The translations under genes were made by a program, and so were the position numbers. DNA of 64,000 nucleotides. Source: an uncultured Phycisphaerales bacterium (GTDB lineage: Bacteria; Planctomycetota; Phycisphaerae; Tepidisphaerales; Tepidisphaeraceae). This document shows positions 46,440 to 61,084 of the stretch, piece after piece. Position 1 is the first letter of the stretch; each line of letters starts with the position of its first letter. The notes beneath the pieces were generated by a model. It ran no database searches, had not been told where the DNA came from, and saw nothing but the letters and a program-made list of their open reading frames with translations. The stretch lies in the NCBI GenBank assembly GCA_963844715.1, contig CAWJPJ010000007.1, positions 320,001 to 384,000 of the forward strand, given 5' to 3'.

Positions 46440-48654
46440 TTGCTTCAACTCAGGCCGACATTCTCGGAATCCTGGTATCGCGTCGCCGACTTATGTCCGC
46501 GGCTGCGGCCGGGCGCGCAAATTTCGCGGCAATTCTTTCGCGGCGAGCGCTGGTACGTGGTGCGCGATTTGGCGGGGAACCAGTTCCATCGCCTGAGCGA
46601 CGCGGCGTATCGGTTCGTGGGATTGCTCGACGGGCGACGGACGGTCGCCGATGCCTGGGAGCTTGTCGGGGGACAGCTTGCGGATGATGCTCCGACCCAG
46701 CCGGAAGTCATCCAGATTCTTTCCCAGCTCTATTCGGCGAACCTGCTTTCGACGGACATCACGCCCGACGCGACGGTTCTGCTTCGTCGCCACAAGCAGA
46801 TGGTTCAGCGCAAGATGCAGAACCGTCTGATGAACGTGTTGTTTCCGCGCGTCCCGATCTGGGATCCAGACCGTTTCCTCAAGCGCTGGATGCCGGTCAC
46901 GCGGGCGTTGTTTAGCAAAATCGGGGCGATCATCTGGCTGGTGGTTTTGCTTGCGGCGCTGGGAACGGTTCTGCCGCAATGGACCGAACTGAAATCAGCG
47001 GCGACCCATGCGCTAGACATGAAGAACAACTGGGAGAATTTGTTCTACCTGTACGCGACGTTCGTGGTGATCAAGTTCTGCCACGAATGGGGTCACGCGG
47101 CGGCATGCCGGAGGTTTGGCGGGGAATGCCATGAAATGGGGATCATGCTCCTGGTGCTGGTGCCGACGCCGTATGTCGATGCGTCCAGCGCCTGGGCGTT
47201 TCCGAACAAGTGGCACCGGATTTTCGTGGGCGCGGCGGGGATGATCGTCGAGCTGTTCATCGCTTCGCTGTGCGCGTTCGTTTGGCGATATACCAATCCG
47301 GAAATCAACCCCCTGGTCAATCAATTGGCCTATAACGCGATGTTCATCGCGAGCGTTTCGACCCTCCTATTCAATGCCAACCCGCTGCTGCGATATGACG
47401 GATACTACATTCTGTCGGATTTGATCGAGATTCCGAACCTTCGGCAGAAGAGTTCGGATTACACGCTGGGGTTGATCAAGCGGCATGTTTTCCGCCTCAA
47501 GCTGACCCAGCCGCTGCCCCCGCCGGGACAGAGGGCGTGGCTGCTGGCCTATTCGATCACCAGCAGCATCTATCGCGTTTTCATCGGATTCATGATCGTG
47601 CTCATCGTGGCGTACAAGGTGCCGGTGCTGGGCATTTTGATGGCCGCCGGCGGAGTGATTACCTGGGCGGCGGTGCCCACGGTTCAACTCTGGCGGTATC
47701 TGCTGATCGATCCGGAATTGCATCGCAAACGAACTCGGGCAATTGCGTTTACCTGTTCGGTGACAGCGGTGGCGGTGATTCTGATTGGTTTGATCCGCTT
47801 CCCGGTACACATTGAATTTGCCGGCGTGGTTCAGCCGGACGATCCCATGGGAATTGACGGGCGCCCGATCACGGGCACTTTAAAGACCGGCGGCGAAGGC
47901 ACCGTAGCGATAATCGACGCCAAGGACGGGCAGCTTGTGCAGGCGGGGCAGACGATCCTGCAACTCTGGAACCCGACGGTGGAACACGACGTCGCCTGGG
48001 CGCAGGCGAAAATCGAGGAGACCAACGAGTTGATTCGGATGTCACGCGCGACGGATCAGAACGAACTGGTAAAGAGCGAGGCGGTCCTGGTTGCGTGGCA
48101 GAGCCGTCTGGACGACGCGATGGAAAAAGAACGCGATCTTTCGGTAAAGGCCCCGTTCACTGGGCGTCTGGTTGCGCCGAAACTGGCGGAGCTGGAGGGA
48201 GCGTTCCTGCCGCGCGGGGCGGAAATTGGCTCGGTCGCGGTTTTGGATAAGCTGATCATCAAAGGGGACATCGAGCAAAAAGACGCCGAACTGGCCAGGA
48301 ACACGCCCGGGCTCAAGGCGGAGATCCGCCTGTCCGGCATGATGGACCAGACCCTTCCGGTTGCCGTGGGCGCGGTGACATTCCCCCCGGCGGCGGTTTC
48401 GGAAGTGGCGCATCCCGTCCCTGGGTACGGCCGGTGGCGGAGAAATCATGACCGATCCGCATGATCCAAATGGCATGAAGACGGTTACGCCGCAGTTTGA
48501 GGCGCACGTCAAACTCGACAACTCGGAGCAGCAGTATTACGCGGGGCAAACGGCATACGTGAGGCTGACGCTGGACAAAAAACCGCTCATCTGGCAATGG
48601 TCGCGCCGGCTGCTCCAGCTTCTACAGGTCAACGACACCGGAAAATGGATTTGA
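46440..48654 (+). CDS. PqqD/RRE-like domain plus M50 site-2 protease plus HlyD-like domain (1 frameshift)
   Basis: LLDGRRTV...LSQLYSANLL; HEWGH; NANPLLRYDGYY; APFTGRL. Confidence 0.85.
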
Positions 48655-48661
48655 GCCAATC

Positions 48662-50596
<1,935 letters not shown>

Positions 50597-50712
50597 GGGT
50601 TTGGGCTGATGGAATCCCGCGGGGGCGCAGGATCGCGGACGGTGGGGGTTCTAGTAAAGACCGCAGGCAAATTTTATCATAGCGCGAATCTGCTGTGTGC
50701 GCCAATAACCTC

Positions 50713-51763
50713 ATGTCCGGGCGCCATCCGCTGGTCTTTGTTCTTCATAGCAGCAATCTGTACGGCACGGAGCGGATGTCGCTGACGATGGCGGCGGGAC
50801 TGTCCGACGAATTCGAGCCGATTTTTCTGGCTCCGCCGGGGCCGGCGCTGGGGGAAGCCGAGCGGCTGGGGTTCGCGACGGGGACGTATCGCACGAGCCC
50901 CGATCTGGCCAAGGCACTCGGCCGATTTTGCGAACCGAAAAATCGCTGACGCTGGTGGCGACCGGGCCGCGGTATTCGCTGGTTTGCATGGCGCTGAACC
51001 TGCTCTACTGGCGGAAGGTCAAACACATTCAAATGGTTCAAGGGGGGGCTGGGGAATGGAAGGATTACGGCGCAAGAAACTTCTCAATCCGTTTAACATC
51101 ACGTTCGTGACGGTTTCGCCGTATTGCCGGGACAAGCTGATCCAGTACGGCGTTCGCCGCCCGATCGAAGTGGTGGGAAACTTTCTTCTCGACCGGCAGG
51201 TTCGCGATGCGCCGCGGAGGGCCGCATTCGATCGGCCCGTGTCCCGGGCGCTGGTCGTTTCGCGGCTCGTCGAATTGAAACGGCTGGACGTGATATTCGA
51301 CGCGCTCGAATGCCGCCCGGAACTTGGCGATTTGCCGATCGACATTTTGGGCGACGGACCGGACCGGGATAAATATGAGCGCCGCGCGGCGAATCATCGC
51401 AACGTCCGGCTTCTGGGATTTCAGGCCGGCGCGGCGGAGCATTACGCGGCGTCCGATCTCCTCATCCATACCTGCCCGACCGAACCGTTTGGAATGGTCA
51501 TCCTCGAGGCGATGGCGGCCCGCATTCCGGTGCTGGTTCCGGACGAGGGCGGGGCCGCGGCGCTGATCGACGACGGGCGCACGGGGTTCAAATTCAAGGC
51601 CGACGATCCGCGCGATCTGGCCCGGAAAATCGCGGAATTACGCGGCATCGATCCGGCGCGTTTGAACGCGATCGTCGATACCGCCGCCGGCGAATTGCAA
51701 ACCCGCTTTTCGGAACAGGCGTCGCTTCGGGAATATCGCAGGCTGTTTGCCCCAGAGAAATAA
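50713..51763 (+). CDS. GT4-family glycosyltransferase (frameshifts)
   Basis: GTER, VSRLVELK, EPFGMVILEAMA. Confidence 0.88.
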
Positions 51764-51764
51764 C

Positions 51765-52827
51765 ATGCCGGCCGACACCCGACACCCTCTTTTTTACGTG
51801 CTGCATTCAAGCCATCTGTTCGGGACGGAACGCATGGCGCTGGCGACAGTGGCCGGCCTGGCTGACGAATTCCGCCCGATTTTGTTTGGGCCCCCCGGGG
51901 AGGCGATGGATTTGGCCGAGAAAATAGGATACGCGGCGCGGCGGTTTCGCGGGGCGAAAGAACTGGCGAAAGTCCTGCGGCCGGAACTGAAGGCGAATCG
52001 ATCGCTGACGTTTGTGGCGACGGGAATCTCGCAATCGGCGGTTTGCATCGCGCTGAATCTCCTGTACCGGCGCAAAATCAATCACATTCAGATCGTCCAC
52101 GGGGGAACCGACGAGCGCGGGAGCTTCGGGCGAAAGAAGGCGCTGAATCACGCGGGGGTGACGTTCGTAACGGTTTCGGAGTATGCGCAGCGAGCGCATG
52201 ATCGCCAACGGCGTCCGGGCGGACCGTATTGAAGTCGTGAATAATTTTCTGCCGGCGGAGTATCTGGCATCCGCGCCGCGGCGGGGGGTTTATGGCGCGA
52301 GCGTGAAAAGCGTGCTCGTCGTTTCGCGGCTGGATCCGATGAAGCGCATGGATTTACTGCTGGATGCGCTTGATCGGCGGCCGGAATTGAAGAATTTGTC
52401 GTTCAAGATTCTGGGGTTGGGGACGGAGATGAATCGGCTGGTGGAGCGGGCCGGGAAATCGCATCCGAATGTGCAATTTGCCGGATTCAGCGATCGGGTT
52501 GGGGAGGAATTGGCCGGAGCGGATCTGCTTTTGCACACGTGCCCAGTGGAGCCGTTTGGACTGGCGATACTCGAGGCCATGGCGGCGAATCTGGCGGTGC
52601 TGGTTCCGGATCAGGGCGGGGCGGCGCTGCTTGTGGAGGAGGGGGCGAGCGGATTTAAATTCCGCGCAGGACGACGCCGGGCATCTGGCGGATCGACTGC
52701 TCGAATTGAAATCGGCGGACGCCGAGAGGTTGAATCGTGCCGTTGCGGGGGGACGGATCGCGGTCGAAGAGACTTTTTCAGCGCGGGCGGGCCTTGAGCG
52801 GTATCGGCGGCTGCTTGCGCCAAAAGC

Positions 52828-52831
<4 letters not shown>
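51765..52831 (+). CDS. GT4-family glycosyltransferase, paralog of the preceding gene (frameshifts)
   Basis: GTER, VSRLDPMK, EPFGLAILEAMA. Confidence 0.88.
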
Positions 52832-54110
<1,279 letters not shown>

Positions 54111-54124
54111 GGACAATTCAGTTT

Positions 54125-54197
54125 ACCGCCAAGCCACGAAGGACGCGAAGAATTATAAACAAATACCGGAATTCCAATTCTCAAGTCTCTTCGCGGT
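54125..54197. repeat. Degenerate relative of the 28-kb outer inverted repeat
   Basis: ACCGCCAAGCCACGAAGGACGCGAAGAA ... TCTTCGCGGT. Confidence 0.45.
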
Positions 54198-54954
54198 GCA
54201 AAGAAAAAATTCGAATCGGCCGCGGTCGCGTCTCCACCTTTTCCTCTTCCTGCGACACCGCCCACCCTCTTTCGGCAATCCACGGGAAAAACAAATCCCC
54301 CGTCTGCCTCCCAGGCTCCCCCAGCAAAATTCGCCCGTCCCCGGCCAGATGCTCCGCCCAGAATTTGTCCAGATACTCCCACTGCCCCCGTTCGTACAAA
54401 ATGTCCGATCCCAGAATGAGATCGAATTTCTCCCCCAGCCGATCCTTCCTCCAATCCACTTTTCGAAATCGCACGTGCTCCCCAAACGGCAGCGCATTCA
54501 ATCGCGCAAACAGCAACGCCGGCGTTTCCAGATCGGCAAACAAAACCTCCGCTCCGCACGCCGCCGCCGCCGCGCCCGCCAATCCCATCCCGCATCCCAA
54601 ATCCAAAACGCGAATCCCCCGCGGGAGCGCCAGCCGTGAAATCTTCCCCGCCACACCGCTGGCGCTATCCCACAATTCCGCCCAATAGGGAAGATGGGGG
54701 GGATCGGCCAGACGAACCCCGGAATTTTTTTCCCGCCGATCTTCTTCCTCGATGATCTGATCCAGCACCACATCCGGATCGGTCACGAGGGTGATATTCA
54801 ATCTCAATTCTCCGAACCGCGCCACCCGTGACGTCGTCGAAAACCGCTTTGCGATGCGATGGCGGAGCCTCAGCTCCGCTTGCCGCCTCCCATCCCGACC
54901 AGCCGGCAAAACCCGCATTCGGGGTGCCGAAATTTGTGCCGAAAGTGTCGCCAT
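54181..54954 (-). CDS. Class I SAM methyltransferase (family 16/METTL21-like)
   Basis: LPYWAELW, VLDLGCGMGL, FDLILGSDILYE. Confidence 0.85.
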   Translation of the reverse strand: MATLSAQISAPRMRVLPAGRDGRRQAELRLRHRIAKRFSTTSRVARFGELRLNITLVTDPDVVLDQIIEEEDRREKNSGVRLADPPHLPYWAELWDSASGVAGKISRLALPRGIRVLDLGCGMGLAGAAAAACGAEVLFADLETPALLFARLNALPFGEHVRFRKVDWRKDRLGEKFDLILGSDILYERGQWEYLDKFWAEHLAGDGRILLGEPGRQTGDLFFPWIAERGWAVSQEEEKVETRPRPIRIFSLHREET

Positions 54955-55030
54955 TTCAGGGCCGAGATAATACCATCCGCCCTTGGATTTCCACTCCCAG
55001 CGCTGCTATGCTTCCACAAGCACTTGGCGG

Positions 55031-55288
55031 ATGCAGGGAACGATCATTTGGAGTTCTTTGGTGGTTAAGCGGGCGGCATTGGCGGCGGGAGTAGTTGCGC
55101 TGGCGGGTCTGACTGCCTGTAGCTCAAAGCTGGAAACAGGCTACGAACCGACCAAGCTCGACATGTCTATCGCGCAACGAAAAGCCCTCTATGCCGATCC
55201 CTACAGCCCCGAAGCTCAGGACGCCCAAAAGGACGGGGGCGACCAGAACGCGGGGCAGGGTCAGTTCCATACGCCAACGAGCTATTGA
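55031..55288 (+). CDS. Small hypothetical lipoprotein
   Basis: Lipobox LTAC after a hydrophobic stretch. Confidence 0.6.
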   Translation: MQGTIIWSSLVVKRAALAAGVVALAGLTACSSKLETGYEPTKLDMSIAQRKALYADPYSPEAQDAQKDGGDQNAGQGQFHTPTSY

Positions 55289-55342
55289 GCGGTTTGTATG
55301 GATTGACCCCGACACGTCGGCATAAAATCGACTGGTGAGTTT

Positions 55343-55993
55343 GTGGTACCTATCGAACCAAAGCAGTTCGTCCAGCTTGTCGAGCCTCTCCTGGCTCAGC
55401 AGGATGTAGCCGGACTGCTCGCACTATTGAAATCGCAGTGGTCGCCCGACCAACTCCGGGCACTGCTCCGTTCCGAGCATGTTGATGCGAAAAAAGTGGC
55501 CCTGCTGGCTATGGCGCTGGTGGGGCCAAGTTGTTGTTGCGAAGAACTCGCCCTCCAGTTGCGCGACCCCGACCCGATCATCAACCAACTGGCCGAACAC
55601 GCCCTCTGGGCCGTCTGGTTCCGTAGCGGCAAATGTGAAAAAGCCAATCAGCTCGTCTGCCGCGGCGCCGAAGCACTCGATGGGAAAGATCTCCTCGCCG
55701 CCATCGAACTCTTCAGCCAGGCGATTCACGTCGATCCCAATTTCGCCGAGGCCTACAACCAGAGGGCGATCGCCTACTACCTCCTCGAGGAATATGAAAA
55801 GAGCGTCGCCGATTGCCGCCGCGCCATCCTCAGGATGCCCTGCCATTTCGGAGCCTGGTCCGGCAGCGGCCACTGTCACGCCCACCTCAACGAAATTCCC
55901 CAAGCCATCGAATGCTATCAAAAAGCCCTCTGCATCAACCCCCATCTTGAATGTGTCCGCGAAACCGTCACCGAACTGCAAAAACGCTTCTGA
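55343..55993 (+). CDS. HEAT plus TPR repeat protein
   Basis: DPNFAEAYNQRAIAYY, PCHFGAWSGSGHC, AIECYQKALCINP. Confidence 0.85.
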   Translation: MVPIEPKQFVQLVEPLLAQQDVAGLLALLKSQWSPDQLRALLRSEHVDAKKVALLAMALVGPSCCCEELALQLRDPDPIINQLAEHALWAVWFRSGKCEKANQLVCRGAEALDGKDLLAAIELFSQAIHVDPNFAEAYNQRAIAYYLLEEYEKSVADCRRAILRMPCHFGAWSGSGHCHAHLNEIPQAIECYQKALCINPHLECVRETVTELQKRF

Positions 55994-55997
55994 ATTT

Positions 55998-56987
55998 ATG
56001 CCGCCGAAGACGGAAAAATTCCTGCGCGGCGTTCGGCGGAGAATCGCCCTCGTCCGCGTGATCGAAAGCATCGGCGTCGCCTGCCTTGCAGCCTCGGCTC
56101 TCGGCTCCGTCCTGGTCATCGCCTCGATCTGGCGGGGCCAATCCGCCTTCGGAATCGCCGCTGGATTCCTAGCCCTCGGATTCGCCGCCGGCCTCCTCTG
56201 GGGATTCACCCGAATTCCCTCAACACTCGCCGCCGCTGCCGAAGCCGATCGTCAATTGGGCCTCCACGATCTCCTCGCCACCCTCCTCCTCAGTCGCACA
56301 AACGACCTCACCTGGATGCACGCCGTCGCCGCAATGGCCGAAGACCGCTGCGCTCGCTTTCACCCGCGTGAAGTAGTCGTTGCCAAATTCGGATTGCGCG
56401 CCTGGAGCGGCATCGGTCTATCCGCCGCTCTACTACTGACTCTCTCTCTATTCTCAGGTCATCCGACAGAGCTGCGCTGACGAAACCCCAAATTTCGACG
56501 ACGGCCTCGCCCTGCCAGACCCCCCAGCAGAAGCCGACGCTCTCCGCCTCGCCCCCTTCGAATCCTCCCGCCCCGGCGGAAAAGGAGCCGATCCAGACCA
56601 GGCCCGCCCCTTCGGCGACGATCAAACCACAGACGGCGCAACCGCAACGACCGGCAACGCCAATCGGCGGGATTAAACGCCGCATCCGATTCCGGCGCCG
56701 GCGAAGGACTCTCCCTCACCCCGGGGAATTTTTCAGTTCAAGATCCAATCAGCGGCTCAGGCCTCAGCCGCGCAACCCCAACCGGCCCCACAGCCGGCGG
56801 CGGCGATTCGACACTGATCCCCGGAACTGCCCAACCCTCCGGCGGATCAGCTTCCGCTTCAGCAACCCCACGTCGCGCCCCCCCGCGCGCGAGCGGCGGC
56901 CCCCAACCCACCGGCGCAACCTCGGCGCAATCCAACGTCCCCGATTGGGCCACCGATTTAGTCCAAGGCTATTTCCAAAGAGACTGA
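55998..56987 (+). CDS. Hypothetical membrane protein with Gly/Ser-rich tail (frameshifts)
   Basis: TM pair, [18 protein letters not shown]-terminal [16 protein letters not shown]. Confidence 0.6.
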
Positions 56988-57863
56988 TTCCCCGTCAGCA
57001 GCGTATACGCCTCGATATATCGCTTCCGCGTCCCCATCACCACTACCTCCGGCAATTCCGGCGCCGGCGGCGTCTTGTCCCAATCCAGCTTCTCCAAATA
57101 ATTCCGCACGAATTGCTTGTCAAAGCTCGGCTGATCATGCCCCGGCTCATACTGATCCGCCGGCCAAAATCGACTGCTGTCCGGCGTCAGCACCTCGTCG
57201 ATCAAAATCAGCCTCCCATCCGCCAATCTTCCAAATTCAAATTTCGTATCCGCGATAATCACCCCGCATGATTTCGCATGCTCCGCCGCCTTCGAATACA
57301 GCGACAGCGTCCGATCCCGTAGAACGCTTGCCGTCGCTCCCCCGATCCGCGATACCGTCTCCTCATAGCTCACATTCATGTCGTGCCCCGATTCCTCCTT
57401 CGTCGCCGGCGTGAAGATCGGCTTGGGCAACTGTTCACATTGCTTCAATCCCGCCGGCAGCGGAATCCCGCACACCGTCTGCGATGCCTTGTATTCCTTC
57501 CACCCCGACCCCGTAATGTACCCCCGCGCCACGCATTCGATGGGCGACAACCGTCGCCTTCTTCACCAGCATCGACCGCCCCGCGATCTGGTCCGCAAAC
57601 GCCAGCAGCGACTTCGGAAAATCCGAAACCTCCGTCGCGATCAAATGGTTCTCAAACTGCTCGTGAAATTTCTCGAACCAGAACAGGCTCAGCGCCGTCA
57701 GCACCTTCCCCTTGTCGGGAATCCCGTTCGGCATTACCACGTCAAACGCGCTGATCCGATCCGTCGCCACGATCAGCAGGTTCTGCCCCAGGTCGTAAAC
57801 ATCGCGAACTTTCCCCCGCCGCACCGGAAACGGTAGGGACGATTGCAGTAAAGGTTTATCCAT
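56969..57863 (-). CDS. purC: SAICAR synthetase (1 frameshift)
   Basis: [54 protein letters not shown]. Confidence 0.96.
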
Positions 57864-57936
57864 CCCCGCAGATTATGAAATGACCCTTCGGAACGCAAAA
57901 TATTGGGGATTCGATCGATGTCCGGGCTCCCTATTT

Positions 57937-58010
57937 TCCCCTCGCCCTGTACTCGGGGGGAGCACTCCTTGTCCCCTTCCGTTAGTTTCGGCACGATGGG
58001 AGGGGGGGCA
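57937..58010. repeat. Degenerate reverse copy of the trmB palindromic element
   Basis: TCCCCTCGCCCTGTACTCGGGGGGAG matches the reverse complement of 9811-9836 with 2 mismatches. Confidence 0.6.
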
Positions 58011-58027
58011 CCCCGCACGCGTCGAAA

Positions 58028-59064
58028 CTATTGCGCCTGCACAAGCCCCACCGCATCCAAATTCATCCCGCTTCGCCCAAAAATCCCCACCACCGGCTGC
58101 CCATTATTCCCCAGCGTCTGCTGAAAATGCCCCGTCGGTACCCCGAACCAGTCGCTCATATAACTCTTATTCGCTTCAAGCAACCCGTTTTCATGCCGCA
58201 CATAAATCACGCGAAACGCGTTCACGCAATCGTCGCTGTCCACCACCAGCCCGCCGACGATATATCCGTCATTCGCAAGCAGCACATCCGTTCCCGTAGG
58301 GGGGGAATCCGTCGCCGACGCATAAATCGGCTCAAGCTTGTGCACGATTCGATGCCCCATCCAATCCGCCAGCGACGCATTGAACCCGATCACCTGATCG
58401 TTAGCCGTCTTCACCGCCACGAACGCCGACCCGCCCGATCCCCCCACGATGTCCGTCTTAGTGCACCCGTCGGGAATATCCGAATTGAGGCGATTCCGCC
58501 GCGTCCGCCGCACCTTCTGCGGCTCATCTCCAAATCCGCGCACAATCTCGGGCATCTCCTCGCCAGCCCCCCGCTGCGCCGTCGCTCCCGCAATCACCGG
58601 CCTCCCAAAATCCGTGTAAAGAATTTCAATCCGGCGGTAAACCGCGCTCCCGCGCAACGAAGGGCTCCCGTCCCCCACCAGCCGCACCTCCAACGGCTCA
58701 AGCGTTCCGCTCTCAAAAAGCACTTGCAGCTTCGCATCCTGATCGTCGCTCAAAATATCGCGCACCGATTGCCCCGACGCGGCCAAAATCTCCTTCGAGC
58801 GGTCCACCAAACTCCCCGAATCCCCCGACAGGTTCTCCAACTGAAACTCCATTCGATCTTTCGCCGTGCTCAATTGCGGCTCCTGATCTCCGTCCACGGC
58901 CAGCGTATCCTCCACCTTCGGGCAAAGCAGCACCGTGCAATAGTCCGAAATCGTGAGCGCCCGGACTTCAATGCCGGTTTCGTCGTCGGCGCCGTCGCCG
59001 GCATCTCCGCCAGCCCGGCGATCCCCATCATCAACACAGCCATGGCGAATAACGCCGCTCGCAT
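58028..59064 (-). CDS. Secreted protein with jacalin-like C-terminal domain (frameshift)
   Basis: Signal peptide; GGSGGSAF...VVGIFGRSGMNLDAVGL. Confidence 0.55.
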
Positions 59065-59163
59065 GCCCCGAATCCTAAATTTGACCCCGCCGCCGGGCAA
59101 GTTACTTCCCCCTTTGAGCCGGTGCGCCGCTCCATTAAGATGCTCCCTGCGGCTCGATTCGTT

Positions 59164-60673
59164 ATGCCAATCAAATTCGAGATTTATCGCGATGGACGCC
59201 GCGTGACTCAGTTCACGCCCATCTCCGCAATGGCCATCGGGCCCGAGAGCGTCCCGCTCCCCGCCGAGGTCTTCTTCCGCGACGGACACCTGGTCATCCA
59301 TCGCAGCGACGAATACGCCCTCGGCGTCGCCCTCCTCTGGGACGCCGGCCCCGCCGGCTCCTTCCACCTCGAAACTACGCGCGTCCAGCCCGCGCGAAAA
59401 GCCGTATAACCTCAACGTCGAACTCGCCCGCGCCCGCCTCATGAAAATCGTCCAGAAGCAGGAAGATTGGAACCTCTTCGATTTTCCCAAAGCCGAAAAA
59501 CTCAACCAGAAATTGCGCGAAGCCCAGGCGATCTTCGCCGATTCCCTCGGCAAGCCCGACCCCGCCGAAGCCGCCAAGCTCGCCGATCAGGCGCTGGCCG
59601 CCGCCCTCGATCTTTCCGAGCAGTTCGCCTCCTTCCACGGCGAGCTTCTCATCAACCGTCGAAAATCCGCCAACGGCTTCGTCAAGCACATCTTCGGCTG
59701 CCGAGTCGATTCAACCGTCCAGAACGCCAAGTACAAGGAAACCTCCACATCCGGCTTTGATTACGCCGTTCTCCCAACCCGCTGGAAGCAGATGCAGCCC
59801 CAGGAACAAACCTTCGACGCCGCCGCCGTCGACGAATGGCTCGAAACCCTCGCCCGCAAAAGAATCCCCATCATCGCCGGCCCCCTCATCGACCTGAACG
59901 AAGGCGAAGTCCCCGATTGGATGTACATCTGGGAGCACGATGTCGACACCCTTCGCGAACTGGCTCTCGAGCACGTCCAGCGCGTCGTCGGCCGCTATCG
60001 CAAGGTCGTTTCAGTCTGGAACGTCGTCGCCGGCATCCACACCAACAGCGTTTTCACGCTCACCTTCGAGCAGATCATCGAACTCACGCGTCTCCTGGTC
60101 GCGGAGGTGAAAACCCTCCTCCCCACGGCTCGAACCATCGTCACCATCAAACACCCCTTCGGCGAATATCACTCCCGCAGCCGCGCCAGCGTACCCCCCA
60201 TGCTCTACGCCGAAATGGTCGCCCAGGCCGGCATCAGCTTCGAAGCCTTCGGCCTGGAATGGGAAATGGGCGTCCCCCTCCCCGGAATGTTCGACCGCGA
60301 TCTCTTCCAATTCAGCAGCATGCTTGATCGTTTCTCAACCCTCGGCCGTCCGGTATTCCTCACCGCCCTCGGCGTCCCCGGCCGCCCCGGCCCGGACCCC
60401 GAAGATCAATCCGAAGGAAAACTCGACCCCGCCCAGGCCGGCCGCTGGAAACGCCCGTGGGATCCCGACCTTCAAGCCGAATGGATCGACGCCGCCTATC
60501 GCATCGCGCTCAGCAAGCCCTATATCGAATCCATTGCCTGGGGAAATCTTGCCGACATGAACCCCACGCTCCCCGGCGGGGGGCTCCTCGACGGCATGCT
60601 CAAGCCCAAGCCAGGCTTCACCAAGATTCAGGAACTCCGCGAACACTTCCATCAGTTCCAACGGAAGGGGTAG
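59164..60673 (+). CDS. GH10-fold protein lacking both catalytic glutamates (1 frameshift)
   Basis: RWKQMQPQEQTFD, VPDW, VVGRY, WNVVAG, PVFLTALGV, GLLD..LKPKP. Confidence 0.7.
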
Positions 60674-60679
60674 GGTCGG

Positions 60680-61067
60680 TTGGATGGAATCTGGACTGTC
60701 TCGCAACGTCGAGGTCTGATCGCAATTCTCGCCGCGATCATGCTCGCCCTGGCCGTCCGATTGTTTCTCAATCCCCGCACCATCCCCAATCCCCAGCCTC
60801 CCGACGGACCCGCCGCCGCCGAGCTTCAAGATCGCATCGATCCCAACCTGGCTACCGCCGCCGAACTCGCCGCCATCCCCGGCCTGGGCCAAAAACGCGC
60901 CGCCGATATTGTTCAATACCGGCAAAACTTTTACCAAAGACCATCCCGGCCGCCTCGCGTTTAACAAACTTCTCGACCTCGAGCGCGTCTCCGGGATCGG
61001 CGCCGGCCTCGCCGAAACCATGGAACCCTACCTCAATTTCCCATCTCAATCCGCAACGCGTCCATGA
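60680..61067 (+). CDS. ComEA-like helix-hairpin-helix DNA-binding protein (frameshift)
   Basis: TM; IDPNLATAAELAAIPGLGQKRAADIVQYR; DLERVSGIG. Confidence 0.85.
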
Positions 61068-61084
61068 AGCTATAATGCAATCCT

